Positions 21,061-29,466 of a stretch of 64,000 bases of DNA are shown piece after piece. Position numbers and translations under genes: made by a program. Positions within the stretch are counted from its first letter, which is position 1. Each line of letters opens with the position of its first letter. Below the pieces are notes generated by a model. It made no database searches and was not told the origin of the DNA. It saw nothing but the letters and a program-made list of their open reading frames with translations. Origin of the DNA: an uncultured delta proteobacterium. Lineage in GTDB: Bacteria; Myxococcota_A; Polyangia; Fen-1088. The DNA lies in the NCBI GenBank assembly GCA_963755125.1, contig CAVWIP010000012.1, positions 32,001 through 96,000 on the forward strand, read 5' to 3'.

Positions 21061-21301
21061 GCTGCGCCGACGGGTGCGCCGATGTTGAGGCCATGCACAC
21101 CGCTCATGCCTCGCGATGAGCGTGCGCACGATGATGCCGCCTCGCAGGTTGGAATGCCAGTGTGAGTCATGGCGACACCAAAGTAACCCTTCGAATGTCT
21201 TGGACGCCGGTCTCTCGATTGAAGCTTTGGGTCGCTCGTCCACATTTCCCCATGTGTACGCTGAGACGACTGTCGTGAAACCCCCTGCAGGGAGAGGATC
21301 C

Positions 21302-22913
21302 ATGAACCACTGCGTTGGCAAGACACTCCTGGCTCTATTGGCGATGCTGCCGGTCCTATTTGTCGGCGGATGTGACTCGTCGGGGACACCCGCGGTCACA
21401 GGCGGAACAGGTGGCGCGAGTCACGCAACGGGCGGCACGACGGAAACTGTGACTGGCGCAACGAATCCCGCGACCGGCGGCACGACGTATATCTTGACTG
21501 ACAGCTCAGCTCTCGGAACTGCCGGCACGACGGGAAACACCAGCGCACCAGAAACCGGAGGCACGGCGGCCGGGGGCGGCCCTGGTGGTGCCAGTTCTGA
21601 GGGCGGGATCGGAGCCGGTGGCGTGAGCACCTCTGGTGGCGTGACCACCTCGGGCGGCGCGATTGCCTCCGGCGGCGTCACGGCATCTGCCGGCGCAACG
21701 GGCAGAGGCCCCGGCGGGACCGTCGCGGGCGGTAGGAGCGGGAGCGGCGGCGCGGCAGGCGGAGCCGGTGGCGCGAGCGCCTCGGGTGGTGGAACCACCT
21801 CGGGTGGCGCGATTGCCTCCGGCGGCGTCACGGCATCTGGCGGTGCAGCGGGTAGAGGCGCCGGCGGAAGTAGCGCGGGCGGCAGGGGCGGCGCCGGCGG
21901 CACCACGCCAACCGGCGGCGCCACGCCAACCGGCGGCAGCACGCCAACCGGCGGTGCTACGCCAACCGGCGGCACGACGGGGGCGGGAAGCACGGGGACC
22001 GCGCCATCGGGGACACCGGTCAGCGTGCACGGACAGCTCAGCGTCAAGGGGAACAAGATCGTCGATCAGAACGGCAATCCCGTGACGCTGCATGGAATGT
22101 CGATGTACGCGTGGTCTCAACAGGGGACGCAATTTTACAATGCCTCCGCGGTTGGGCATCTTGCCAAGGATCTAGACTGCGCCGTTCTTCGCATTCCCAT
22201 CCTGCCCAACGATCTCTCTTCGCAAACAACGCTGGTCAGAGACTGTAGTCGAAGCCTGCATCGCCAACGGCATATACGCAATAATCGATTGGCATGGGGG
22301 CGGCACCTCTCAAACAACCGCAGCGGCGAGCTTCTTTGCCAGCATGGCCACGGCCTATGGTAACACTCCCAACGTCATGTATGAGCCGTGGAACGAACCC
22401 ACCGTGGCCTGGGCCACTGTCAAGACCTATCATGAAGCGATCATAGCGGCGATCCGTCCTATCGACCCCGACAACATCATCATCCTTGGGACTCCGCAGT
22501 GGGACCAGCTACCTCAAGATGCTGCCGCCGATCCTGTCACCACAACAACGAACCTGGCCTATACAGTCCACTTCTACGCGAATAGCCATCCCCTCGCCGG
22601 TTTCGAACCGGGTATAAACACTGCGCTGAAGGCAGGCCTTGCCATCTTCGTGACCGAATACGGTGGATGCTCGGCGAACGGAAGCGGCACCTTCAATGCG
22701 GCGGCATTGCAGCTCTGGTGGAACTTCCTTGATGCGAACGACATAGGTTGTACCAACTGGGCGGTCGAGACCAATGGGGAGACATCCTCTATCTTCAAGC
22801 CGAGTGCAAGCGCAACCGGCCCGTGGACCACTGCCGATCTCACGAGCCCGGATGGCACAACGATCATTAGTTACATACAGAGCAAGTACGCCGCGACCCT
22901 GACATCACCCTAG
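21302..22913 (+). pseudogene. GH5 endoglucanase lipoprotein with Gly/Thr linker, frameshifted near 22240
   Basis: Lipobox FVGGC, linker, HGQLSVKGNKIVDQNGNPVTLHGMS; after the frame change IYAIIDWH, YEPWNEP, HFYA, FVTEYG, NW. Confidence 0.88.
21644..21976 (+). repeat. Coding repeats in the GH5 linker: 150-bp-period duplication and four 18-bp (TPTGGx) units
   Basis: ACCACCTCGGG(C/T)GGCGCGATTGCCTCCGGCGGCGTCACGGCATCTG at 21644 and 21794; ACGCCAACCGGCGG four times from 21905. Confidence 0.8.
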
Positions 22914-23207
22914 TCTTCCCGCACGAGATCGCGACCGGCAACTCTGCCTGAGTGACCACCGGTCAATAGGGCGCTGGAAAGAGCAGGCGCGATCTTTTTT
23001 GCGAGGCATCCCGCTCCCTCTTCTTCTTCCTGATCTGTGAAGCCGCGTGGCCTGGCTGGCAATCGTGCGGTCGACCGGCGCAGCGGGCCCGATCGTGGTT
23101 TCAGCCGATTCATCCGATTTGACGTCAGGCTCGATTGCGGTCGGCGCGCAATAGCCGGGTGGAAACGCTGATTCCATGTTGTCGATCAGCACGGCCTTCT
23201 TCATCAT
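22905..23207 (-). CDS. Hypothetical protein or gene remnant (MMKKAVLIDNMESAFPPG...)
   Basis: GAGGG RBS before ATG; divergent from the radical SAM gene; C-terminal part does not look protein-like. Confidence 0.3.
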   Translation of the reverse strand: MMKKAVLIDNMESAFPPGYCAPTAIEPDVKSDESAETTIGPAAPVDRTIASQATRLHRSGRRRGSGMPRKKDRACSFQRPIDRWSLRQSCRSRSRAGRLG

Positions 23208-23392
23208 TTCACCCTCGATAGCACGCGAAACGCGACCCGTCATCCTGCCCTTCGCACGTCCTTGAGATAGGGCGGAGTTCGGCCGTAGGATACGCCATTC
23301 TGCCATGAGCAAAAGGCGCGGTTCTGAATGCCCATGTTCCTGAACCTTCACGGTGATGACGTGCGCGAGAGCTTCGCTCGGAGGTTGGACAA

Positions 23393-24526
23393 GTGTTGAG
23401 AACTCGCGCCGTCAGCCTCTGGCGCGACGCACTGACCCTGCTCGGGGCGGGGCTGCGCCGTGATCCCTTGGTCGGCCCGCGCGTGGTGCAGTTGAACATA
23501 GCCGACCGCTGCAACCTGCGCTGTATCATGTGCAACCAGTCGTGCTTTCCCCCGGGCGGTTTTCTGGATCCCGACCGGGCGGCATCGCTGATTGACGAGC
23601 TGGCTGCGCTCGGTCTGCAGGAGTTGTTCTGGCACGGCTACGGCGAGCCCTGCCTGCACCCGCACCTGGGTGACATGATCGCCACGGTCGGTCGGCGGCA
23701 CCCGGTGCTGCGGCAGTTCACCGTCAGCAACGGAACCTGCATCTCCGAGAGTCTGGTGGGCATTCTGCGCGATCGCGACGTCGGGGTCCGCATTTCGGCG
23801 CACGCCGGCGACCGGGAGACCTGGGCTCGCATCCATCCCCACAATGATCCGGGCCTTTTTGACCGCATGGTCGAGGCGATCGCCCGCCTGGCCGAGGGCC
23901 GCCCTGGCAGGGTCGAGCTTCTGTTTGCCCTGTTCGAGACCAATCGTGAGCAAATTGACGGCATGATTCGCCTGGCGCGGGAGACCGGTGTGCGCCGGGT
24001 TCTTTTCCGCCCGATGCGCCTCTTCCGCGAGGCCGACGGTGCCTGGATGAACGACCGCCTTATGCCCGGGCGGGAGGACTTCCTGCGCGTGCGCGTGCAG
24101 CTACTGAGTTTGCGCGAGGAACTGCGTGGTGTGATGGAACTGTCCCTGGATGCGTTCGCCATGTCGGGATTCGACTCCGCGCTCGGCCGGCCGGTCACGG
24201 GTGACTACTACTTGCACAACCCGTGTCTCATCGGCTGGGTGTTCAGCGTGGTGGAAACCGATGGCCGCGTTCACGGCTGCCTCCCCGAGTCCTGCGCTGG
24301 CCCACTGGGAAACATCCACCAGCAGTCCTTCCGCGAAATATGGTGGTCGGACGCCTACCGCAAATTCCGGCGCGACCGCGTGACCTGCGGGCGCGGCGGC
24401 GGCGATCCCGAGGGATGCCACACCTGGTGCCAGCACCTGGACACCAACCGGCGCCTGAACGATTTGTTGAGGTTGCGCATCGGTCTCCGACGCCGTCGCG
24501 AGCCAGCCGCGCGGGACGGGCGCTGA
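23393..24526 (+). CDS. Radical SAM protein with SPASM/twitch domain
   Basis: CNLRCIMC, GYGEP, C-terminal CLIGW..DGRVHGC..GNI..SFREIW..CHTWC. Confidence 0.92.
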   Translation: MLRTRAVSLWRDALTLLGAGLRRDPLVGPRVVQLNIADRCNLRCIMCNQSCFPPGGFLDPDRAASLIDELAALGLQELFWHGYGEPCLHPHLGDMIATVGRRHPVLRQFTVSNGTCISESLVGILRDRDVGVRISAHAGDRETWARIHPHNDPGLFDRMVEAIARLAEGRPGRVELLFALFETNREQIDGMIRLARETGVRRVLFRPMRLFREADGAWMNDRLMPGREDFLRVRVQLLSLREELRGVMELSLDAFAMSGFDSALGRPVTGDYYLHNPCLIGWVFSVVETDGRVHGCLPESCAGPLGNIHQQSFREIWWSDAYRKFRRDRVTCGRGGGDPEGCHTWCQHLDTNRRLNDLLRLRIGLRRRREPAARDGR

Positions 24527-26535
24527 TGAAAGCCCGGGATATTTTGGTGGGGCTGGCCATCCGGCTGGCCTTTCCCCCGTTCACCTGGTTGTTCCGCGCC
24601 TTCTACGCCCTGGCCATCCGATGCTCGGTGCGAAGCGTTCGCGCGGCACCGGGCGTGGCGGCCATCTACCTGACCGGCTCCATGGCCCGGCACGAATCCA
24701 TCCCCGGCCTCTCGGACATCGATTTCAAAATCTTCGTGCGCGGGCCGCGCAACCGGGCCGCGTCCGACGAGATCCGGCGCCGCTTTGCCCGCCTCCGTCG
24801 CTGCTTCCCCGTGCTCGGGCCCCCGGACGAGAAGGGCATCCATTTCATCGAGGGTTTCGCGGCCGATCTCGATCGCTATCCGCTGCTGCGCCACCTCTTC
24901 GACCCGCGGGTGTATTGCCACCGCCTGCTGTGGGGCGAGTCCTTGCTGGAGCGGCTGGTCCCACCGCGACCGGAGGGGAACGATCTGCGACAGACCCTTC
25001 TCTGGAAGCTCAAGGATTGGATCGAGAAGGCCTCGTTGCTGGCAGAGCACCCCTTGCTGGCGCCGCCCCAGCGCCGCTACCTCCTCTACAAATCGGTGGC
25101 CGACGCCGGGCTGGTCCTGCTCATGGCCGACGACAACCAGCGACGGAACCAGGGTCGCACGACGGTCCTGCAAGAGCTTGCCACGCGGTACGACGGTGGC
25201 GTGCGCGAGACGGTAGCAAAGCTTCTGGCCGAGCGGGCTATCGCTTTCCGGAGCGCGCTGGCGGAAACCGGCGAGGTGTGGCAGCTCTTCCTCCGCCTGG
25301 TCGGGGAAGCCCTGGCTGCCCTCGGCTTCGCTCCCGCGCGTGGATCCGCTTCTTTCTCTGCGGGCCGCATCGCCGCGGCTGACCTTCCCGCCTGGCTGCG
25401 CGAGGCGCTACCGTCCGACGCGGCAGTGGCAGAATTTCCCTGGCGTCGGGTTCCACTCTCTCCCCTCGACTGTGCCTTCTTCGGCCGTCGCCTCGTGCTG
25501 GTCACCCTACCTCAATCGCTTTCCCTAGCCGGACAGTTGCGCCTGAGGGCAGCCGCCCGGCCCCACGCCGAAGAAACGCCGGTGATGATCCAGGAAAGCG
25601 GCTGGCTGCGTTCAGCCTGGTGTGAACTTCTGGATCACTGGCTCTCGCCCGAGGGGAGTGACGACATGACCGCGCTGCTGGCCGCAGGCGAGATGCCGCC
25701 GGGACCTCTCGCACAGCGCCTGCAAGCAAGACTGGCGGCATGGCAGGACCAACTCGACGAAATCCTGGCCAGCCAGGATTTGGCGCGCATGGATCGCCCG
25801 CGCTACCTGCGGTTCCTCTTCGCGGCCATGGCTTGCCTTGTCCTGCGCCGGTCGCTGGACGACGGCTCATTCGCTTTCCCGTCCGATGCGTATGGGGTTG
25901 CCGACATGCTGCGAAGAGAGACACCGCTGGCTCCCGGCTTCATCGATCTTCTCGAGGACGAGTGGCACCGGGTGCAGGAAGAGAGACTCCCGTTCCAGGA
26001 GGCCCTGTTCCATAAAACCAGAGTCCTGCTGCAGACGTGGGCAGGGCTGATCCGGCGCGACGAACCCCTCGATCGGCTGGCAGCGGTCAACGGCATTCCC
26101 GATCTGGCCCGGCTTTCCCTCTCGGTGGTTGTCGTCACCCGCAACCGCTGCCACCAACTGGCCCGCTGCCTGGACTCCCTGGCCCGCCAGAAGCGCCACC
26201 CCGACGAGCTGCTGGTGGTGGACAACGGGTCCTCGGACGACACCGCCGGGACGGTCGCGCGCTTCTCAGCCCGTTTCCCAGTGCGCCTGGTAGCAGAACC
26301 CATAGTCGGCGTGGCCGTGGCTCGCAACCGCGGGCTCAGTGAAACGCGCGGCGATGTGATTGCTTTCATCGACGACGACGCGGTGGCTGAACCAGGCTGG
26401 CTGGCGGCGATCGAGGAGGCTTTTCTGCGCGACGAGCGCGTCGGCATCGTGGGCGGGTCGATCCTCAACCTGGACACCGGTGCGACCGATCCGGTGAGCC
26501 GTTTCTTCGAGCTGGCGGAGCGGATCCCGGCATGA
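24526..26535 (+). CDS. Pol-beta-like nucleotidyltransferase fused to the N-terminal half of a GT2 glycosyltransferase
   Basis: IYLTGSMAR....GLSDIDF at the N-terminus; SVVVVTRNR, VVDNGSSDDT, ARNRG, FIDDDA, IVGG at the C-terminus; TGATG coupling to the rSAM stop. Confidence 0.85.
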   Translation: MKARDILVGLAIRLAFPPFTWLFRAFYALAIRCSVRSVRAAPGVAAIYLTGSMARHESIPGLSDIDFKIFVRGPRNRAASDEIRRRFARLRRCFPVLGPPDEKGIHFIEGFAADLDRYPLLRHLFDPRVYCHRLLWGESLLERLVPPRPEGNDLRQTLLWKLKDWIEKASLLAEHPLLAPPQRRYLLYKSVADAGLVLLMADDNQRRNQGRTTVLQELATRYDGGVRETVAKLLAERAIAFRSALAETGEVWQLFLRLVGEALAALGFAPARGSASFSAGRIAAADLPAWLREALPSDAAVAEFPWRRVPLSPLDCAFFGRRLVLVTLPQSLSLAGQLRLRAAARPHAEETPVMIQESGWLRSAWCELLDHWLSPEGSDDMTALLAAGEMPPGPLAQRLQARLAAWQDQLDEILASQDLARMDRPRYLRFLFAAMACLVLRRSLDDGSFAFPSDAYGVADMLRRETPLAPGFIDLLEDEWHRVQEERLPFQEALFHKTRVLLQTWAGLIRRDEPLDRLAAVNGIPDLARLSLSVVVVTRNRCHQLARCLDSLARQKRHPDELLVVDNGSSDDTAGTVARFSARFPVRLVAEPIVGVAVARNRGLSETRGDVIAFIDDDAVAEPGWLAAIEEAFLRDERVGIVGGSILNLDTGATDPVSRFFELAERIPA

Positions 26536-27221
26536 TGATTCCCGTCCTCACCGACTATTACCAGGCGGGGTATTTGCCGAAACCCCGCTACGGGACGCTG
26601 CCGTCCTTCGTTCCCAACGTCAACCTAGCCGTGCGCCGGCAAGCCATCAAGCAGATTGGTCGCTACGACGAGGCCTGCTGGGCGGGTGAAGACGCCGACC
26701 TGTGCCTGCGGGCCGCCAGGGGAGAATGGGACATCTTCTACGAGCGGCGGGCCGTGGTCCGCCACGAGCCTAAGCATTCGCTTGGCGCGCTCATCCGCCA
26801 GTGGTGGTGGTACGGCTCGGCGGGGGGAAGGGTCTTCGAGAAGGGAATAAACCGGCGCTGCGAGGTCTACCTCTCACCCGACGCGCGCCCGCGCATCCAC
26901 CGCTACCTTCGTCTGCTCTCCACCAATTTCTGCCCGCTGCGCGTGCTGGTATTCGTTTCCCCCTTCCTCCTTTTCCACCTGGGAACGTTGCTGGCGGCGG
27001 CCCTGCTGGCGCTCGGCCATAGCTGGCCGGCCTTGGCTCTTGCGCTCGCTATGGCCGTGGTCGCTCTGATTCTGCACAGCCGTTCCTCTCTGCGCGCGCT
27101 CGATCTGCGCGAACTAATCCTCTACGCAACCGTCACCTGGGTGCTGAACTGGACCTGTATCCTGGGCAGCATCGTCGGCGGCCTGCGCAGGCGCATGCTC
27201 TTTGTCTTTCCAGGGCTGTGA
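26532..27221 (+). CDS. C-terminal half of a GT2 glycosyltransferase with TM helices
   Basis: NVNLAVRR..IGRYDE...GEDADLCLR..AVVRH..RQWWWYG; ATGA overlap with the upstream gene. Confidence 0.82.
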   Translation: MMIPVLTDYYQAGYLPKPRYGTLPSFVPNVNLAVRRQAIKQIGRYDEACWAGEDADLCLRAARGEWDIFYERRAVVRHEPKHSLGALIRQWWWYGSAGGRVFEKGINRRCEVYLSPDARPRIHRYLRLLSTNFCPLRVLVFVSPFLLFHLGTLLAAALLALGHSWPALALALAMAVVALILHSRSSLRALDLRELILYATVTWVLNWTCILGSIVGGLRRRMLFVFPGL

Positions 27222-27320
27222 AGCGGAAGGACCGTGCAAAGGTCGCCATCATTTCTTCCGGCGGGTACTTCAAAAGAAGTACGCCTGCCAGAAACTGGAG
27301 GGAGATCTGGCCGCTTCACC
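27218..27320. terminator. Long imperfect hairpin between convergent genes (terminator or MITE-like)
   Basis: Outer arms GTGAAGCGG/CCGCTTCAC, inner GGCGGGTACTT-CAAAAG-AAGTACGCCTGCC. Confidence 0.5.
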
Positions 27321-27327
27321 CTGGTTT

Positions 27328-27531
27328 CTACTGTCGCCGCGGCGTACACTCCGGGCACGGTTCGTCCTTGTCTGTGCCGTAATAGCCTGTCTCACAATCG
27401 ACGCAATGATGCCAGTATATGAGGGTTCCGCAATTATCACACTTCGTTGAACTATCGTGAAAAGACTCCTCAAAGGGCAGTCTCATCTCCTTGTGGCAGG
27501 AACCACAGTATAGTTCGATGAAGTCTTTCAT
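27328..27531 (-). CDS. Small Cys-rich protein with four CxxC motifs (double zinc-ribbon-like)
   Basis: CGSC, CDNC, CVDC, CPEC in 67 aa; visibly lower GC; alternative start 27564 overlaps the kinase stop. Confidence 0.65.
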   Translation of the reverse strand: MKDFIELYCGSCHKEMRLPFEESFHDSSTKCDNCGTLIYWHHCVDCETGYYGTDKDEPCPECTPRRQ

Positions 27532-27560
27532 TTTCTTGGAGGGGCGTGCGGTCGGTTGGT

Positions 27561-28583
27561 TCACCTCGGATCGCCGCTGGCCGCGGTTTCACCGTCGAGA
27601 AACGCCGCCAGGGTCCGGCAGTTCTTGTCAGAGTCGCGCCCCATGACGAAAAGGTGGGGTCGGCTGCGGTTCACCAGCGCCCAGGCGTTGCGCAGCCGCG
27701 AAGCAATCGTCCCGCCCATGCCGAGCAGTTCCACAGTGCCGCGCTCGAGCATGAATTCCAGCCCCTGGTAGACCCCGAGACCGATGATCATGTGGTTGAC
27801 AAGGGCCCGCAAGGCAGCGGCGCGCGACAGAGGGCGGATCTCCGAAACCGTCCCGAGGCTGCGTTGCCCGGCGATGAGGTAATCGGCCGGGGTCGCTGCG
27901 CCGATGCGGTCGCGGAAGAAGTCGATGTCGATGACCGTCTTCGGATCGAACTCCATCCTTCGCAGCGTGCGGGTGTAGCGCTCGGGCACGCCGGTTTGCT
28001 CCCCGGGCCGGACGCCGATGCGCAAGGGAAAGGGGAGGATCGTGGCCTGCCGGTTAACCACAGGCGTGTCCTCGGCCAACAGACGAAAATTCGGGTTTTC
28101 CAGCAGTCCGAGGGCCATGGTGCTCTTGCCGCCGCCCGAGGGCAGCATCAGGATCACGCCGCGGCCGCGGTAACTGCCCGCAAGAGCGTGGATGCGGTGC
28201 AGGCCACGCTGGTCGAGGTGCTGTCCAACCACGGAGAGTGTTTGCAGATAGGCGATCTCATGCAGCAACACGGGATCGGTCCCGTACACGGTGCACTCCC
28301 ACCGGTCGCGGTCCAGCACAGCCAGGGCGCGGCCGAAGTAGTCGACAAAGGTCTGCGTGCCGTTGTGAAAACAGACGTTGCGGGGTGTTGTGAAGGCCGC
28401 GCGCACTGGTGGCAATCCGTCGAAAGGTGGCAGCGCAACCACCAGCTCGATCTGGTGGTTCGGCCGTCCACCCGACGGGTCGACGGCGAACCAGGAGAAA
28501 TCCCTGGCGACCTGTGCGAGAAGATCCTCATCGAGGCAACGCACGCGGACCTTGCAGCCGTGGATGTCGAAATTGGCAATCAT
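27561..28583 (-). CDS. HPr-kinase-related P-loop protein
   Basis: HRIHA....GRGVILMLPSGGGKST, RLLAEDTPVV, LPFP. Confidence 0.75.
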   Translation of the reverse strand: MIANFDIHGCKVRVRCLDEDLLAQVARDFSWFAVDPSGGRPNHQIELVVALPPFDGLPPVRAAFTTPRNVCFHNGTQTFVDYFGRALAVLDRDRWECTVYGTDPVLLHEIAYLQTLSVVGQHLDQRGLHRIHALAGSYRGRGVILMLPSGGGKSTMALGLLENPNFRLLAEDTPVVNRQATILPFPLRIGVRPGEQTGVPERYTRTLRRMEFDPKTVIDIDFFRDRIGAATPADYLIAGQRSLGTVSEIRPLSRAAALRALVNHMIIGLGVYQGLEFMLERGTVELLGMGGTIASRLRNAWALVNRSRPHLFVMGRDSDKNCRTLAAFLDGETAASGDPR

Positions 28584-28797
28584 GGAAGAAGCGAGTCCGG
28601 CGCTCTCAGGGAACGGAGCATAGCCTTACTTCTCCCTGAATAGCGCAGGTTTCGCGACGCTCGATCCGAATCCAACGTTGGTAGGCGCTGCACTCACAGC
28701 CCTCGGGCAAGTAGAGTTCGAAGGATCTGTTCCGGAGAATGCGACGCAGACGGGGTTGGCCGACATGGCACGTGCGACCACGAGAAACGCTTGCGGT

Positions 28798-29394
28798 TCA
28801 AACGAAGGCGGATCTGGACAACGCCCGCAGGATCTCGCTGGCGGTCTTCACCATGGCCACCAGCTCGTCCGCGCTGGGCGGCTTGGTTTCCCAAACCAGG
28901 CGAAGCTCGCCCTCCTCGAACGCGATCTCCAGCTTGGCCGCGCTCGCCTCGCCGGCCAAGACGCTGGCGAGTCTCTGGCCCGCCTCGGGAGTGCACGTGC
29001 CCACCATATTGCCGAACACCGCGAACGGAGTCTCCAGCATCGAGCTCATGTACTCGGCATAGTCTGCCGGGGTACGGTTGGGCGGGCAGGTACCCAGCGT
29101 GAAATCGGCAACCGACTGGCCCAGCCCACGGAAAGTCACGACCATTTCGGTCCAGCCACCCGGAGCCTTGCCGCGGGTCCTTCGCTCCATGAGCCCGGTT
29201 ACCCCATCCACCTTGAATTCCAGGCTGTCCCATGCGCCCGAGCGGTGCGGCCCGATCGAACCGCCGGTTCGAGATGCCACGGTGGCCAACAGTGCCTGCC
29301 ATTCCTGATCGATACGCCGGGCGGCCAGGTAGCACAGGAACACGATCAGCCCGATGGCACCGAACGCAATTACGAAGGTCTCCGTCTTTCCCAT
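28798..29394 (-). CDS. Hypothetical protein with N-terminal TM anchor
   Basis: 198-aa ORF with a hydrophobic N-terminal helix. Confidence 0.6.
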   Translation of the reverse strand: MGKTETFVIAFGAIGLIVFLCYLAARRIDQEWQALLATVASRTGGSIGPHRSGAWDSLEFKVDGVTGLMERRTRGKAPGGWTEMVVTFRGLGQSVADFTLGTCPPNRTPADYAEYMSSMLETPFAVFGNMVGTCTPEAGQRLASVLAGEASAAKLEIAFEEGELRLVWETKPPSADELVAMVKTASEILRALSRSAFV

Positions 29395-29466
29395 GGACGG
29401 GGCTTATACACTGCCCTCGTCGTTGGGACTATCGCCGCACGATCCGAAGGATCTACGATTCTTGAG

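Noticed and set aside
21644..21976. CRISPR-like array in the GH5, GH12 or DUF3443 linkers
   Set aside because: Repeats are in-frame low-complexity coding units without unique spacers; no cas genes
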